A stretch of DNA of 64,000 nucleotides from an uncultured Planctomycetota bacterium. Its GTDB lineage: Bacteria > Planctomycetota > Planctomycetia > Isosphaerales > Isosphaeraceae. The DNA is taken from positions 1,104,167 through 1,168,166 of the forward strand of contig CAWGMQ010000011.1 in assembly GCA_963823665.1 (NCBI GenBank), given 5' to 3'. Positions 12,001 through 24,000 of this stretch are shown here, piece by piece (positions within the stretch are counted from its first letter, which is position 1; each line of letters begins with the position of its first letter). The translations under genes and the position numbers were made by a program. Below the pieces are notes generated by a model. The model did not search any database, was not told the DNA's origin, and saw nothing but the letters and a program-made list of their open reading frames with translations.

Positions 12001-15000
12001 CGGTCAGATTGGTGTCGCTCACGGCGGCCGTGCCGTTCAAGAAGCCGCCAGCCCCGGCGGTGACGGTGTTCCCGATGGTGGTCCCGTTCGTCGGGAGGTT
12101 CTCCGTGAACGTGTTCTGCGCCGTGACGTCCACGGCGGACGAGGCCATGATGACCGTGTTCGAGAGTATCGTCGCGTTCGCCGCGATGTTGTCGGTGTTG
12201 TTCGCCGCGGCACCGCTGGCGCCGGCGACCGCGGCGTTTGCGGACGTCACGTTGGGCGTGAACTTGCTATTATTATTGGCCGAGACATTGACGGTGCCGG
12301 CGAAGATGGCGGGCATTGTTCCACTGGCGAGCGGACCGCCCAAGGTCGCCGAGACGGTCGAAGTGTCGTTAGTGTCGCCGACCGAGACGTCGCCCGCGAT
12401 CAGGCCGCCGCTGCCGGCGGTGCTCGATGCGTTGTTTTGGTCCGTCCCGGTGGCGGCGACAGTGAGCGCACCGGAGCGCGAGCTACTGGTCAGCACCCCC
12501 GCCCCCAATTGGGCCGTGGTGGTCACAGACGAGTTGGCGGTGGCCGCGTCGGCGCCCAGGGCGAGAATGCCGCCGATTGCCACGCCGGTGGCCATCGCGG
12601 ACTGGTCGCTCGTGCTGGTGGCGTCGATCGAGACATTCCCGTTCGGGAGCATCACCGCGGTGCCGGTGGTCGCCTGCACCGTGCCCTCGGCCTGGGCCGT
12701 GCTGACGGTGGCGTTAATTCCCGCCAGGACCCCGCCTGCGCCGGCGTCGGCCTGTGAATTCTCCGTCGCGCTCCGCGTCGCATCGACTGAGAGCGAGGCG
12801 GCCGAGATCGAGACCGAATTGCCGAGGTAGCTCGACGTCGTTCCGGAAACGGTCGCGATGCTGACATTCACGCCGATCGAGACGCCCCCCACGTCGACTC
12901 CGATCGATTCGGCGCTCGCTTGCGGCGTCTGCTGGGCGTTTACCAGGACGGTACCGGTTGACGTGATCGTGCTGTTGTTATTGATGGCAGCCATCACGTC
13001 CGGCGCGGTTGTAGCGGTGGCGGCGGCGCCGCTGCCGGCGATGATGCCGCCCGCCAGCGCGAAGGCCAAAGCATCCGAACTATCGTTGGCCGTGGCCATG
13101 ACCGTCAGATTGGCGCAGCCGGTGACAACGCCATCGATGTGGGCGCTGGTCGAGCCATCAGCCGATGTGGTCGCGATGCTGCCGCCTATGGCGAGGAAGC
13201 CGGCGGCAATTCCAAACGTCGTGGCCGTGGCACTGTTGGTCGCGCCGGCCGTGACGGAGATATTGCGGGTGGCGCTCAAGGTGGCCCCGCTGCCTTCATA
13301 GGCGTCCACGGCGGGGTTGACCATGGCGCTGGCTCCGGCTCCGGCGCCGGCGGCGCCCAAGGCGGCCGCTACGGATGTGGCCACAGACAGCGTGTTCACC
13401 GAGTCGCTCGAGCTGGCGCCGATCGAAATCTGGCCTCCGGTGGAGGTGACGTTGGAATTATCCACGTAAGCGGTGATGTTGCTGCTGACGGTGTTCAGGG
13501 CCACGGAGAGGCCGACCGAGCCGCCGACGATGGCGGCCGCCCCGGCCACGGCAACGACTTGCGAGGTGATGGCGGCGTTTTCTGCGGCCGTGAGCGTGAT
13601 GGCCCCGGCCGCGGTGATCGTGCTCGGGGCGCTCGAGGAAGGGCCCTCGATATAGCTTTTGATCGTGTTGTCGACCGTATTGCTGGCGCCGGCGCCGCGC
13701 CGGCGAAGGCCGCGCCGATCCCGATGGCACCGGCGACGCTGGCCGCCACGCAGGTGGCCTGGAGCATGGCCGTCGTGGGCATGGTGGCGCTCAGCGTGAT
13801 CTGGCCCGCGGCGGTGATCGTCGAGTCGTCGCTGTAGGCCTCGACCGTGTCTTCGACATCGTTGCTGGCGATCGCGGCGCTCAAGCTGAAGCTGACGGCT
13901 GCGACACTGCCGGAGAGGCTCACGGCGGCGGCCACAGTGATGGCCGTGAGGTTGGGCGAATCCGTGGCTGCCAGGGTGACATTTCCGCTGTTCGTGGTCG
14001 TGACTCCGGCGCCGCCCGAGAGGTAGGCCTCCACCGTATTATCGACCGTGTTGGACGAATAACCGACGCCCACAGCGATCGCAACCCCGGCGCCGATGCC
14101 GCCCCCCACGGCGATGGCCACGGCCCCGCCGACGGTCACGGCCGTCATGCTCGACGTCTCGGCCGCGGCCACGCTCACGTTGTTGCCCGTGGCGCTCACC
14201 GACGAGTCGGACACATAGGCCAGAACCGAGTTTTGAATACTGTTGGTGGCGACGGCAAAGCCCGCGGCGAATGCGAGGCCGCCGGCGATCAAGCCGGCTC
14301 CGATGCCAACCGCCGCGGCGATGCCGCCGCCACCGGCAATGATCGTCGAGTTGTCGGTGGCATCAATGTCGACGCTGCCCGCCTGGGCGGTCACGTTGCT
14401 GCCGCCCGAGACGTAGGCATCAACATTGTCTGCGATGCTGCTGCTCGAAACCGAACCGGCCACGGCCACGCCGATACCCACTCCGACAAGCTCACCTACA
14501 CCGAGACCCAAGGATACCGCTCCGCCGATCGCCACGGCCAGGATGCTCGCCTTCTCGGTCGCGGCGACGTTCACCATCCCCGCCGAGGTCACGTCGGAAC
14601 TGACCACATAGGCCTTGACGTTGTTATCGATGCTGTTGCTGGCCGCCGCCACCCCGAGCGAGACGCCCAGGCCGGCCAGCTCGGCGCCGATGCCGATGCC
14701 GACGGCCAGCCCGCCTGCGATGGCCTCGATCGACGAGCTGTCGGTGGCCGTCACGATCACGTCTCCGGCGGAGAGGGTCTTCACCGTGCTGTTGCCCGCG
14801 ATATACGCATACACGTTGTTGCTGATGCTATTGCCGGACCCTGCGCCGCGGCGCCGACACCGACGCCAAGGAAGCCCTCGCTCACGCCGATGCCCACCGC
14901 GCCGCCGATCGTCCAGGCGTCGATCGTCGCCGACTCGGTCGCGGTCAGACTGACGTCGCCGTCGGTCGCGGTTACCGCCGAGTTGTCGATATAAGCGCTC

Positions 15001-18000
15001 ACATTGTCCTGGATGTCGTTGATGGCCACCGAGATGCCGATCGAAGCGCCAATGCCGTACGTGGTACCTACGGCCACCCCCACCCCCAGGGCCCCGGCGA
15101 TGGTCAGGATGTAGGCGTTGTCGGTGGCGCTCACGTCAATCGCGCCAGCGCTCGTTGTAACGACGCTGTTGTCGATATAGGCAAGGACCGAGTTTTGCAC
15201 AATGTCGCCCGAGCCGGCCCCGGCCCCGGAGCCGGCGACGCCCCCTGCTTGGTCCGAAACAGCCACGGCGACCGCGACGCCGATGGTTAGCGCCTCGATC
15301 GTCGGCATCGCGATGGCCGTCACGTTGACGTCGCCCGCAGAGCTCAATGTGGAGCCACTCACGTAGGCTTGGGTGGTGTTGCCAATCTCGTTGAATGCGA
15401 CCGACACCCCGACGGCGAGCCCGAGGGTCCCCGTGCTCACGGCGATGCCGACTCCGCCCGCGAGCGCTTTGATGGTCGAGGTGTCCAAGGCGCTGACGTC
15501 CAAGCCGTCCGCGCCCGTTTCCGTGGTGGTGACGCCGGTCGAGCCGGAGATATAGGCGTCGGTGGTGTTGTGGATGATGTTGATCGAGACGGCCCCGCCC
15601 ACGGCGACTGAGGCGAAGCCAACGCCCCCCGCGAACGAGCCCGCGACGGTGATGTTGTTGATCTGGCCGGCGTACGTGGCGTTCACGTCGATCTGGCCCG
15701 CCTTCAGGCTGCCGGTGACGTTCTCGATGGCGGCGCGGACGACGTTATTGTTCTTGGAGGAGGGATCGTTGGGATCGCCGCCCAGGTAATTGAAAGCGAT
15801 CGAGGCGCCAATGGCGGCCGCGATCGCCGAGGTCCCGACGCCGACAATGGCCACGGCGCCGGCCAAGGAGTCGATCGTCGAGGTGTCGCTTGCGAGAACG
15901 CTGAGCTTTCCCCCGGCCAGGACGTACTGAGGGGAGGCGATGTTGGACACCTCGGCTTCGACCGTGTTGTCGATCCAGTTGAGCGAAAGCGAGCCGGCGA
16001 AGGCGACTTTCCCGGTGGCGGCGACCGCGCCGCTGACGGCCATGGCGGCGACCTGCACGTCCAGGCCTGCCGGCAGCGTCGTGGGCTTGGCGAAGGTGGC
16101 GTAGACGAGCATGGCAGCGCCCGAGGAGGCGGTCGAGTCGTCGATGATGGCGGTGTCGGTGTCATGGATGTTGTTGACGGCTACGGCGGCCGCCCCGGCG
16201 AAGTTGCCGCTCAAGCTGGCGCCGACATTGCCCGCCAGGGTCGCGATCGAGGCCGTATCGGTGGCCAGCACCGAGAGCTTGCCGGCGGCGGTCACCAGCG
16301 ATGGCGTGCCTCCGAGGCCGACACCCCCGCTGGCGGCGATGTGGGCGTCGACCGTGTTGGTGATGAAGTTGAGGGCGAACGAGCCGCCGAAGGCGTTGCC
16401 GCTAGCGGAACCGGCGCCGCCGACCACGACGTTGATGTCCTGCGCCGCCTCGGTGGAGCTGACGGTCACGGCTCCCCCCGTCGATTGGACCGTCGACCCG
16501 TGGACGTAGGCCGTGATGATGTTCGCGATATCATTCAAGCCGATGGAGGCATTGACGGCCGTCTTACTGCCGGTCGAGATGGCCACGGAGCCGGTCCCGG
16601 AGCCGATCTTCGAGGCATCGTTGGCCTCGACCTCAATATTGCCCCCGGCCTGGACGTTCGAGTTGCTCGAGATGTGGGCATCGACGTCCATGCGGACGAA
16701 ATTCAAGTTGACGGCGCCGGCGCCGGCGCTGTTGGTGCCCCCCGCCCCGGCGGCCGCGACGCTGACGAGCTGGCCGCTGATCGGGATGGGCAAGGCCACG
16801 GCCATGCCCCCCACGACGAACTGCGTGGGCTGGACCTCCAGGCTTTGGCTCGAGCCCGTCCCGGGTGAGGTCAGAGGGATGGGCTGGTTGTTGACGGCGT
16901 CATTCTCGGTGCCAGCCAGCTTGATATGAGTCGCGTCCACCACGATGACGTAGTAGATCTGGCCGCTCGTCAAGCTGCCGATGCTCGAGCCACCGCCGTT
17001 CTCATAAGTGACGGCGTCGCCGGTGGCCAGATTGGGGTTCTTCGCGAAGCTGATCTCGTCTGCCCCGGGCGTCGTGGTCGCCACGGCGGAGGTGCCGAAG
17101 GTGAGGGCCGAGGCGGGCACGGTCGGAGTAAAGCTTTGCCCCGTGCCAAGGCCCAATGAGCTCAGAGCCAGCGCGGTGCCGGCGCTTGCGTTCGCCTGCG
17201 AATTTGCCAACTGGATGGTAAAGTCATTGACCTTGATGACGTAGTACGTGCCGCCATCGGTCAGGCCGCCGACATCGTACACGCCTTTCAGGGCCGGGAT
17301 GTCATCGATCTCTTGCTGGAGCTGAGCGGCCAGGGTCGCGGCGGTATAGGTCCCGTGGGTCAAGGTAATGCTGAACCGAGTGCCGCCGGCGGACAGGTAC
17401 AGCGTATCGTTGGTGGAATCGATTGCGAGCGTGGCGGCACTGGAGCCGGTGATCGTGCTGTCCGTTTTGGAGGTCGTGGTCTTGGGTGAACTGCCAAAGA
17501 GGCCGATCGCGGCGTCGCCGCTTACCTGAATGACCGGACCGCCCGAATCGAGAGTGAGCATGCCGTTGTTTTGAGTGACGGTCATGCCCCCGTTGCTGTG
17601 GTAAACGACCTCCTCGCCGGTCGTCAGGCCGTGGGGGCTGGCGAACGTGACCGCGTTCGTGACCGACAAACCGGCCTTGATGATGGCGGTATTGATGGCG
17701 GTCTGGACTGCCGTGGCCAGGGCGCTGGCCGTGTAAGTCCCCGCCTTCAGCGTGATGGTGAGCGGTGTGTTCTTCACGTTCACCAGCAGTGTGTCGTTGC
17801 TGCCGGCCGTGATGGTGAGATTGGCGGTCGCGGACCCCGTGATCGAGTCGCCGCTGGTCGTGGGAGCAGAGCCGAGCAGGCCGGTTTCCGCATCGCCCCC
17901 AGTCACAGTGAACTGAGGATTGTTCGAGGTGATGGTCAACGTGCCAACGTTCTGGCTGACGGTGACCGCGGCGATGGGAACCGTGGTGGCCGGCAGCGCG

Positions 18001-21000
18001 ACGCTCTGGGAGGACGGATTGAACGACGCGCCAGCGGCGACATCGAGCGGCGTGAGGGTCTGGCTCGAGCTCGTGCCGGGGGAGCTCAATGAGATGGGCC
18101 TGGACGAGGTGGGCACCAGGATTGTACCCGCGCCGGAAGAGGTCAACTCGATTGGGTTGCCATCATTGGCATCGGTCAGCGAGTCGGCCAGCACGACCTG
18201 CGTCGCGCTCGCGCTCATGACGTAGTAGGTCGTGCCGCTCGTCAGTCCGCCGATTGCGGTGCCCTTGGTTGCGACATAGACAACGGCCTCTCCGGTGTAC
18301 AAGCCGAGACTGCTCGAGGAGAGCGTGATCTGGTTGGTTGCGGTATTCACCCCGGTCACGTTTGCCTGGATCGGAGTGCCGGACACGGCGTCATCATAGG
18401 TCGCGGCCAGCTTGATCGTGTCAGGATCAAGCACGATGACGTAATAGGAGTGGCCGCTCGACAGCCCGCCGATGCTGCTGCCGCCGCCGCTGTTGTAGAC
18501 AACTTCCTGCCCCGTGGTCAGGCCGTCGGGACTGGCAAAGTGAATGGCGTCGCCGCTCTCCGTGACGCCAGAACTGGTGTTCAAGTTCAAGGTGGTGGCG
18601 CCGGGCAGCGTGGTCGGGTTATTGAAACCCGACAGGACGAGCACCTGGCCGCCGGCGGTCACGGTCGAGCTATCAATATAGGCCGTGTCGCCGCTGGCCG
18701 GCTCGGGCACCGTGAACGTCCCGGTGCCGGTCGAGGCGGTCAGGCTGATGATCTGGCTGGGGCTTCCGCTGGTGGCGTCAGCCTGAGAGGGGTCGAGCTG
18801 AATATCGGTCGCATCGACGGAGACGACGTAATAGGTGCTCCCGTCCGTGAGGCCGCCGATACTCGCGCCGCCATTGTTGTCGTACTTGACCGGCTCTCCC
18901 GTGTACAGGCCGGGGTCGCTGGCGAAGCTGACCTCGTTGCCATTCGTGATGGTGGCGTTCACGGCGGACGGGCCGAATGTGGCGGACGGGGATGCCATCA
19001 AGGCCGTGAAGGTGTGCCCCGTCCCACTACCCAGGTTGGGACCGAGCGTGATGGGGACGGTGGGCGTCGACAGGGCGCCGGCCTGGCTTGCGGCGAGCCC
19101 GATCCCGTTGTCGGGGGCCTTGATTATGTAGTAGCTGGCCCCCTCGGTTAAGCCGTCGATGCTGGTGCCGCCGGCGTTGTCGTAGACCAGCTCTTCGCCG
19201 GTCGTCAGGCCATCGTGCGTGAAGATGGCGCCGTTCATTTCCTTCTGGAGCTCGACCGCTAGCTCAGCGGGCGTGTACGTCCCGGCCGCGAGCGTGATGG
19301 TAAGCGCCGTGCCGTTCACATTCACCACGAGGGTGTTGTTGCTGCTGGTAATCGTCGTCGAAGCGGCGGCGGGGGTCGAGCCGCTGATCGAGTTGCTCGA
19401 GGCTGAAGGCGAGCTGCCAAAGAGGGCGCTCTCTGCGGAGCCGCTCACCTGGATCTTCGAGGCGCCGGCGGGCAGTGGAACGTTAAAACTCAAGATCAGC
19501 GTGCCGTTGCTTTGCTCGGCGCTGAACAGGTAGATCTCATTGCCGGAGATCGAGGAGCTCGTGGGATTGAACGTCACGGCCGGCGTGGATTGCAGCTTCG
19601 TGAGCGTGAAGTTCTGGCTCGAGGTGGCGCTGCCGGTAGACGATATCGGGATGGCGGTGCCGGCCAGGGCTTCGGCGTCGGTCGCGGCAAGCTGGATGTG
19701 GTTGGGATCGACCGCGATGACGTAGTACGTCTGGCCATCGACCAGGCCGCCGATCGGGGTGCCGCCATTGGCGTGGTAGACAACCGCGGTTCCGGTGGCG
19801 AACCCATTATTGGGTAAATCGATCTCGGTATTGACGGGGATCGGGTTATCCGCGGTCGTGCTGACGGTCGTGCTGCCGGGGAGGACGCCGCTCGTGTAGG
19901 ACAGGACGTTCGGATCCAGAGAGGACAGGCCGCCCAGGTAGTTATAGGCCAGGTCGGCACCGATGGAGCTACCGCCGCCGCTTGCGGCGACGCCCAGGGC
20001 GACCACGTACTCCGAGGCCGCTTCGCTCGAATTCACCGTGACATTGCCGGCAGAGGCCGTGACGGTCGAGCCGAGCAAGTGCGCGTCCACTGTATTGGTG
20101 ACGGAGTTGATGGTGAGGGTGCCCGCACCGGTGGAGCTCTTACCGCTGCCGCCCCCCCGGCGCCGACCGCCACCAGCAGCGGGCTCGAGGCGGCCGACAC
20201 GCTGACGGAACCGTCCGAGGAAGTGACCGTGGAATCGAAGATGTAGGCGGTGATGGCGTTGCACAAGACGTTGTAGCCGATGGACAGCCCGACGCTGTCG
20301 CTCTTTTGCGACAAGGCGACGCCGCCCGAGAACGAGGCGTCCAGCGACGTGTCGCCCGCCTGGACCGTGACGTTGCCGGTGCTGGTGACCGTGGCGCTGG
20401 CGATGTCGGCGTCGACGGTGTCCTGAACCAGGTTGATCGCCACCGAACCGCCCAGGGCGGAACCCTGGGTGCTGGCGGCGCCGGCCACCGCCAAGTTGAG
20501 GATCGAGGAGTTCTCGTCGGCCGTCACCTGGACCGCCGCCCTAGCGACGACGGTCCCACCCTCGATTTCGGCCATCGTGTTATTGGCGATATCGTTGAAC
20601 GAGAACCGCCGCGCCGATGCCGGCGTTCTTGCCGCCGGCGGCCGCGCCCGCCCAGGCCACGATATTCGTCGTCCCGGTCGCCGAGACGGTCAGACCCTCG
20701 TCGGAATTGGCCGCCGGATAACCGGTGGTTCCGACTAGCGTATTAATCGAATCGCCACTGCTGATATAGGCATCTGTCGTCTGATTGATCACGTTGACGA
20801 TGAACGACCCGGCGAGGGCCTTACCGCCGGACGCGGAGCCGACGCCGCCGGCCAAGTCGGTCGCCTGGACTGAATTGATCAGCGTGGTAAGGACCGTGTT
20901 CAGAACGCTGGATTCAGAGATCTGGGTGAGCGTCGCGGAGGTAACGCTGGATATCGCCGGCGCCGCGAGGATCAGGTAGCCGGCGGTTAGGGGCTGGGGG

Positions 21001-24000
21001 GTGGTGGCCGTGAAGGGCGCCGAAAGCGTCAGCACGGTGCCCGCCAGAGTGTAGGCGATACTCTCTATCGTCGTACCGGGTAGGATGCCGGTGCCGCTCA
21101 CGGTCTCGGTGGGGGCCAGCCCCTTGACTGTATTGGTCGTTACCTGATTGGGATTCGTCGCGCTCGGTGTACCGGTGAAGGGGATGCTGCCTGTCGCCAG
21201 GACCACCGTCCCGGTCACGATGCCGGTGCCCTGGAGCGGCTCGCCGGCGAACAGCGGCGCCGAGCTGCTGAAGCCCGTGACCACAGGCGAATTGAGCGTA
21301 AGTGTACCGGTGATGGTTGTTGGATTGTTGGGGATGATCTGGTCGGCCGTCGAGCTGGGGACCACGTCCGTCCCCGGATTGAGTGACGACTCGGAAGTGA
21401 CCTGGGTCAGGTCGGCCACATTCGCTTGAACGCCCGAGGCGAGGAATGCGCTCGTCGTGTTGTTGAGGACGTTCACATTGACAGCGGCGCCGGCGCCCGT
21501 GTTCATGCCGACGGCCAGCGTGACGGCGATGTTCTGAAGCGTCTGGTCGTTTTCGGCGTGGACGGTCAGGCCGCCAAATGACTTCACGGTCGTTGATCCA
21601 GAGAGGCTCTCGGTAACACTGAACGTCGCCGGCGCCGAAAGGGTGATGGTGCCGGACGCCGGGCCGATAGCCGTGATCGTCGTCCCAACCGGGATGCCGT
21701 TGCCGGTGACAGTCTCCCCGACGTTGAGCCCCGTCGTACTGCTGATACCCGTGACCTGCATTCCGTTCAGTGTGCCGACGATGGTGCTGGGAAGTCCGGT
21801 GATCGTCTCGAAAACGGGGCCGCCGGTGATCGTCGCGGGCGCTGAAAGCATAATGCTGCCTGGTGAGCTTGCGGTCGAACGGACGATACTCGTGATCGTC
21901 GTCCCAACCGGGATGCCGATGCCGGTGACGGCCTCCCCGTCGAAAAGCACCGCCGTACTGCTGATGCCCGTGACCATGTTCAACCCGTTCGTGACTGTCC
22001 CGACGACAGAGCTTCCGGTTGGCGTTGCGGTGAGGCTCTCGGAAACGGGGGAAACGGGATTCGATAGCGTGATGGTTCCGGGTGCTGGACCGATACCCGT
22101 GATCGTCGTCCCGGCCGGGATGTCGGGGCCGCTGACAGCCTGCCCGAGGGAGAGCTTCGCCGTGTTGCTGATGCCCATGACCTGATTCGATCCGCTCGTG
22201 ATCGTGCCGGTGAGACCGCCGATCGAGGCCTGGGTATTGATCGTGATCACGTTGATCCCGGCCGAGCCCGCGTAGCCGCTGGCCTGCGATCCGAGGGCGA
22301 CACCCAAGGCCTGTGTCGAGAAGTCGTTGGGAAGCGGCTGATTGTTGGTCCCCATGACCATCTGGGCACTGACGGTCACGCCGTCGGCCGAGATGGTGTC
22401 GCCGGCGCCGATCGTGGCCGTGTTGGTCACGGTGGCGACATTAAGGGACGCGGCGGCGCCGATCGAGTTCTGGCTGCCCGTAACCTTGGACACGGTCACG
22501 GCGGCGGCACGCCCGTCGGCCAGGGCCAGGGCGGTGGCCTGGTTGGCGGTTTGGACCGAGAGCGAGCCGCTGGTCGTTGTCACGGTGAGACCGTTGTCGA
22601 TCGACGCGACCGTGCTGGTCGAAAGGACGTTGACGGCGACGGCCGCCGCGAGACCCACCTGCGTCGCGCTTTTGGTGCCCGCCTTGGTCGTGGCCGAGCT
22701 CGAAGGCGAGGTGGTCTCGTCGCTGGATTTCGGGGGTGCCTTGACCTTGGTCGTATCGGCGGTACCCGTGGCATTGCTGTCCATCGGAGCGTCCGAGCCC
22801 CCCTCCGTGTCGGCGTAGCTGAACTGGTTCGACGTCTCCTGGTCCGCGGTCCCGCTGCTGCCGGTGGATGCAGGGGGAGGCGAAGAAGAGGAGGACGACG
22901 ACGGCGGCGCGGGCGAGCCGCTCTCGCTGGCGATGGCGGCGGCCTGACTGAACGACGTCACCGGATTCGCCGTCACGCTGATGGGGCCGGCGGCCGTGAC
23001 GTTGCGGCCCAACTCGGCGAGGAACGAGTCCTGCGACACGTTTACGACCACCGAAGCCCCGACCCCGACGCCGCCGCTGGTAGCGGCCGTGGCGTCGGCC
23101 AGCGAGCTCACCGAGTACGACCCACTCGCTCCGATCGTGAGAACCGCCCGCGAGGACCAGCGGAGTCGCACTGTCCGAGCCGACGCTGGCCGTGGTCATA
23201 TCGCTGGCGATCACGATGGCGATGCCGGCGCCGATGCCTATCTTGCCGGAGGCCCCGTTCGTTGCCGTGGTCGTGATCGTGTGGTTCGAGCTGGCGGTCA
23301 CCGTCAAGCCGGCGGCGCCCGTCAGGCCCGCGTTCTGCTGCAACTCCGACTGGGTGGTGTCGGAAATGATGTTCAGGGCCAACGACGCGCCGACGCCCGC
23401 CTCGCCGCCGGTGGCGACGCTACCCGGCACGGGTAGCGCCGACGTCGTGTCGGTCGAGTTGTTCAGGGAGGTTATCGAGACAGTGCCCGCGACACTGCCC
23501 GTGTCATTGTCGGCGGTGACAGAAGCGCCGGTCTCGATCAGGGCTTGACTGGTGTTGTTGACGATGTTGATCGCCAGCGACCCGGCCACGCCGATGTCGG
23601 TCTGCCCCGCGCCAGAGCCCGCGCCGGAGGTCGCCGAGGCGCCGTATACGTTCATCGGAGTGGTGCCGAGCATTCCCGCATTGACGATCACACCATCGGT
23701 GTCGATCGTCGCGGCCTGGATCGTCGCCTCGGTCGAGGCATCGACGAGGTTCAAGGCGACCGCGGCGCCGATTCCGGCCTTGGTGTTCCCCGCGGTCGCC
23801 GAGGCGGCGCCCGAGGCGGTCGCCGTGTCGCCGTAGACGGGGTTGGCGCTCGAGCCGGTGTCGTTGGTCGCGGTGACGGTCAAGGGACCGCCTGAGTCGG
23901 TGATGGTCAGGCCGGCGGGCACAGTCGCATCGGCCTGGCTGTCGGCGATGTTGACAGCCACCGCGGCGGCCACCGTGACCCCACCGTCGGACGTCGAGGC

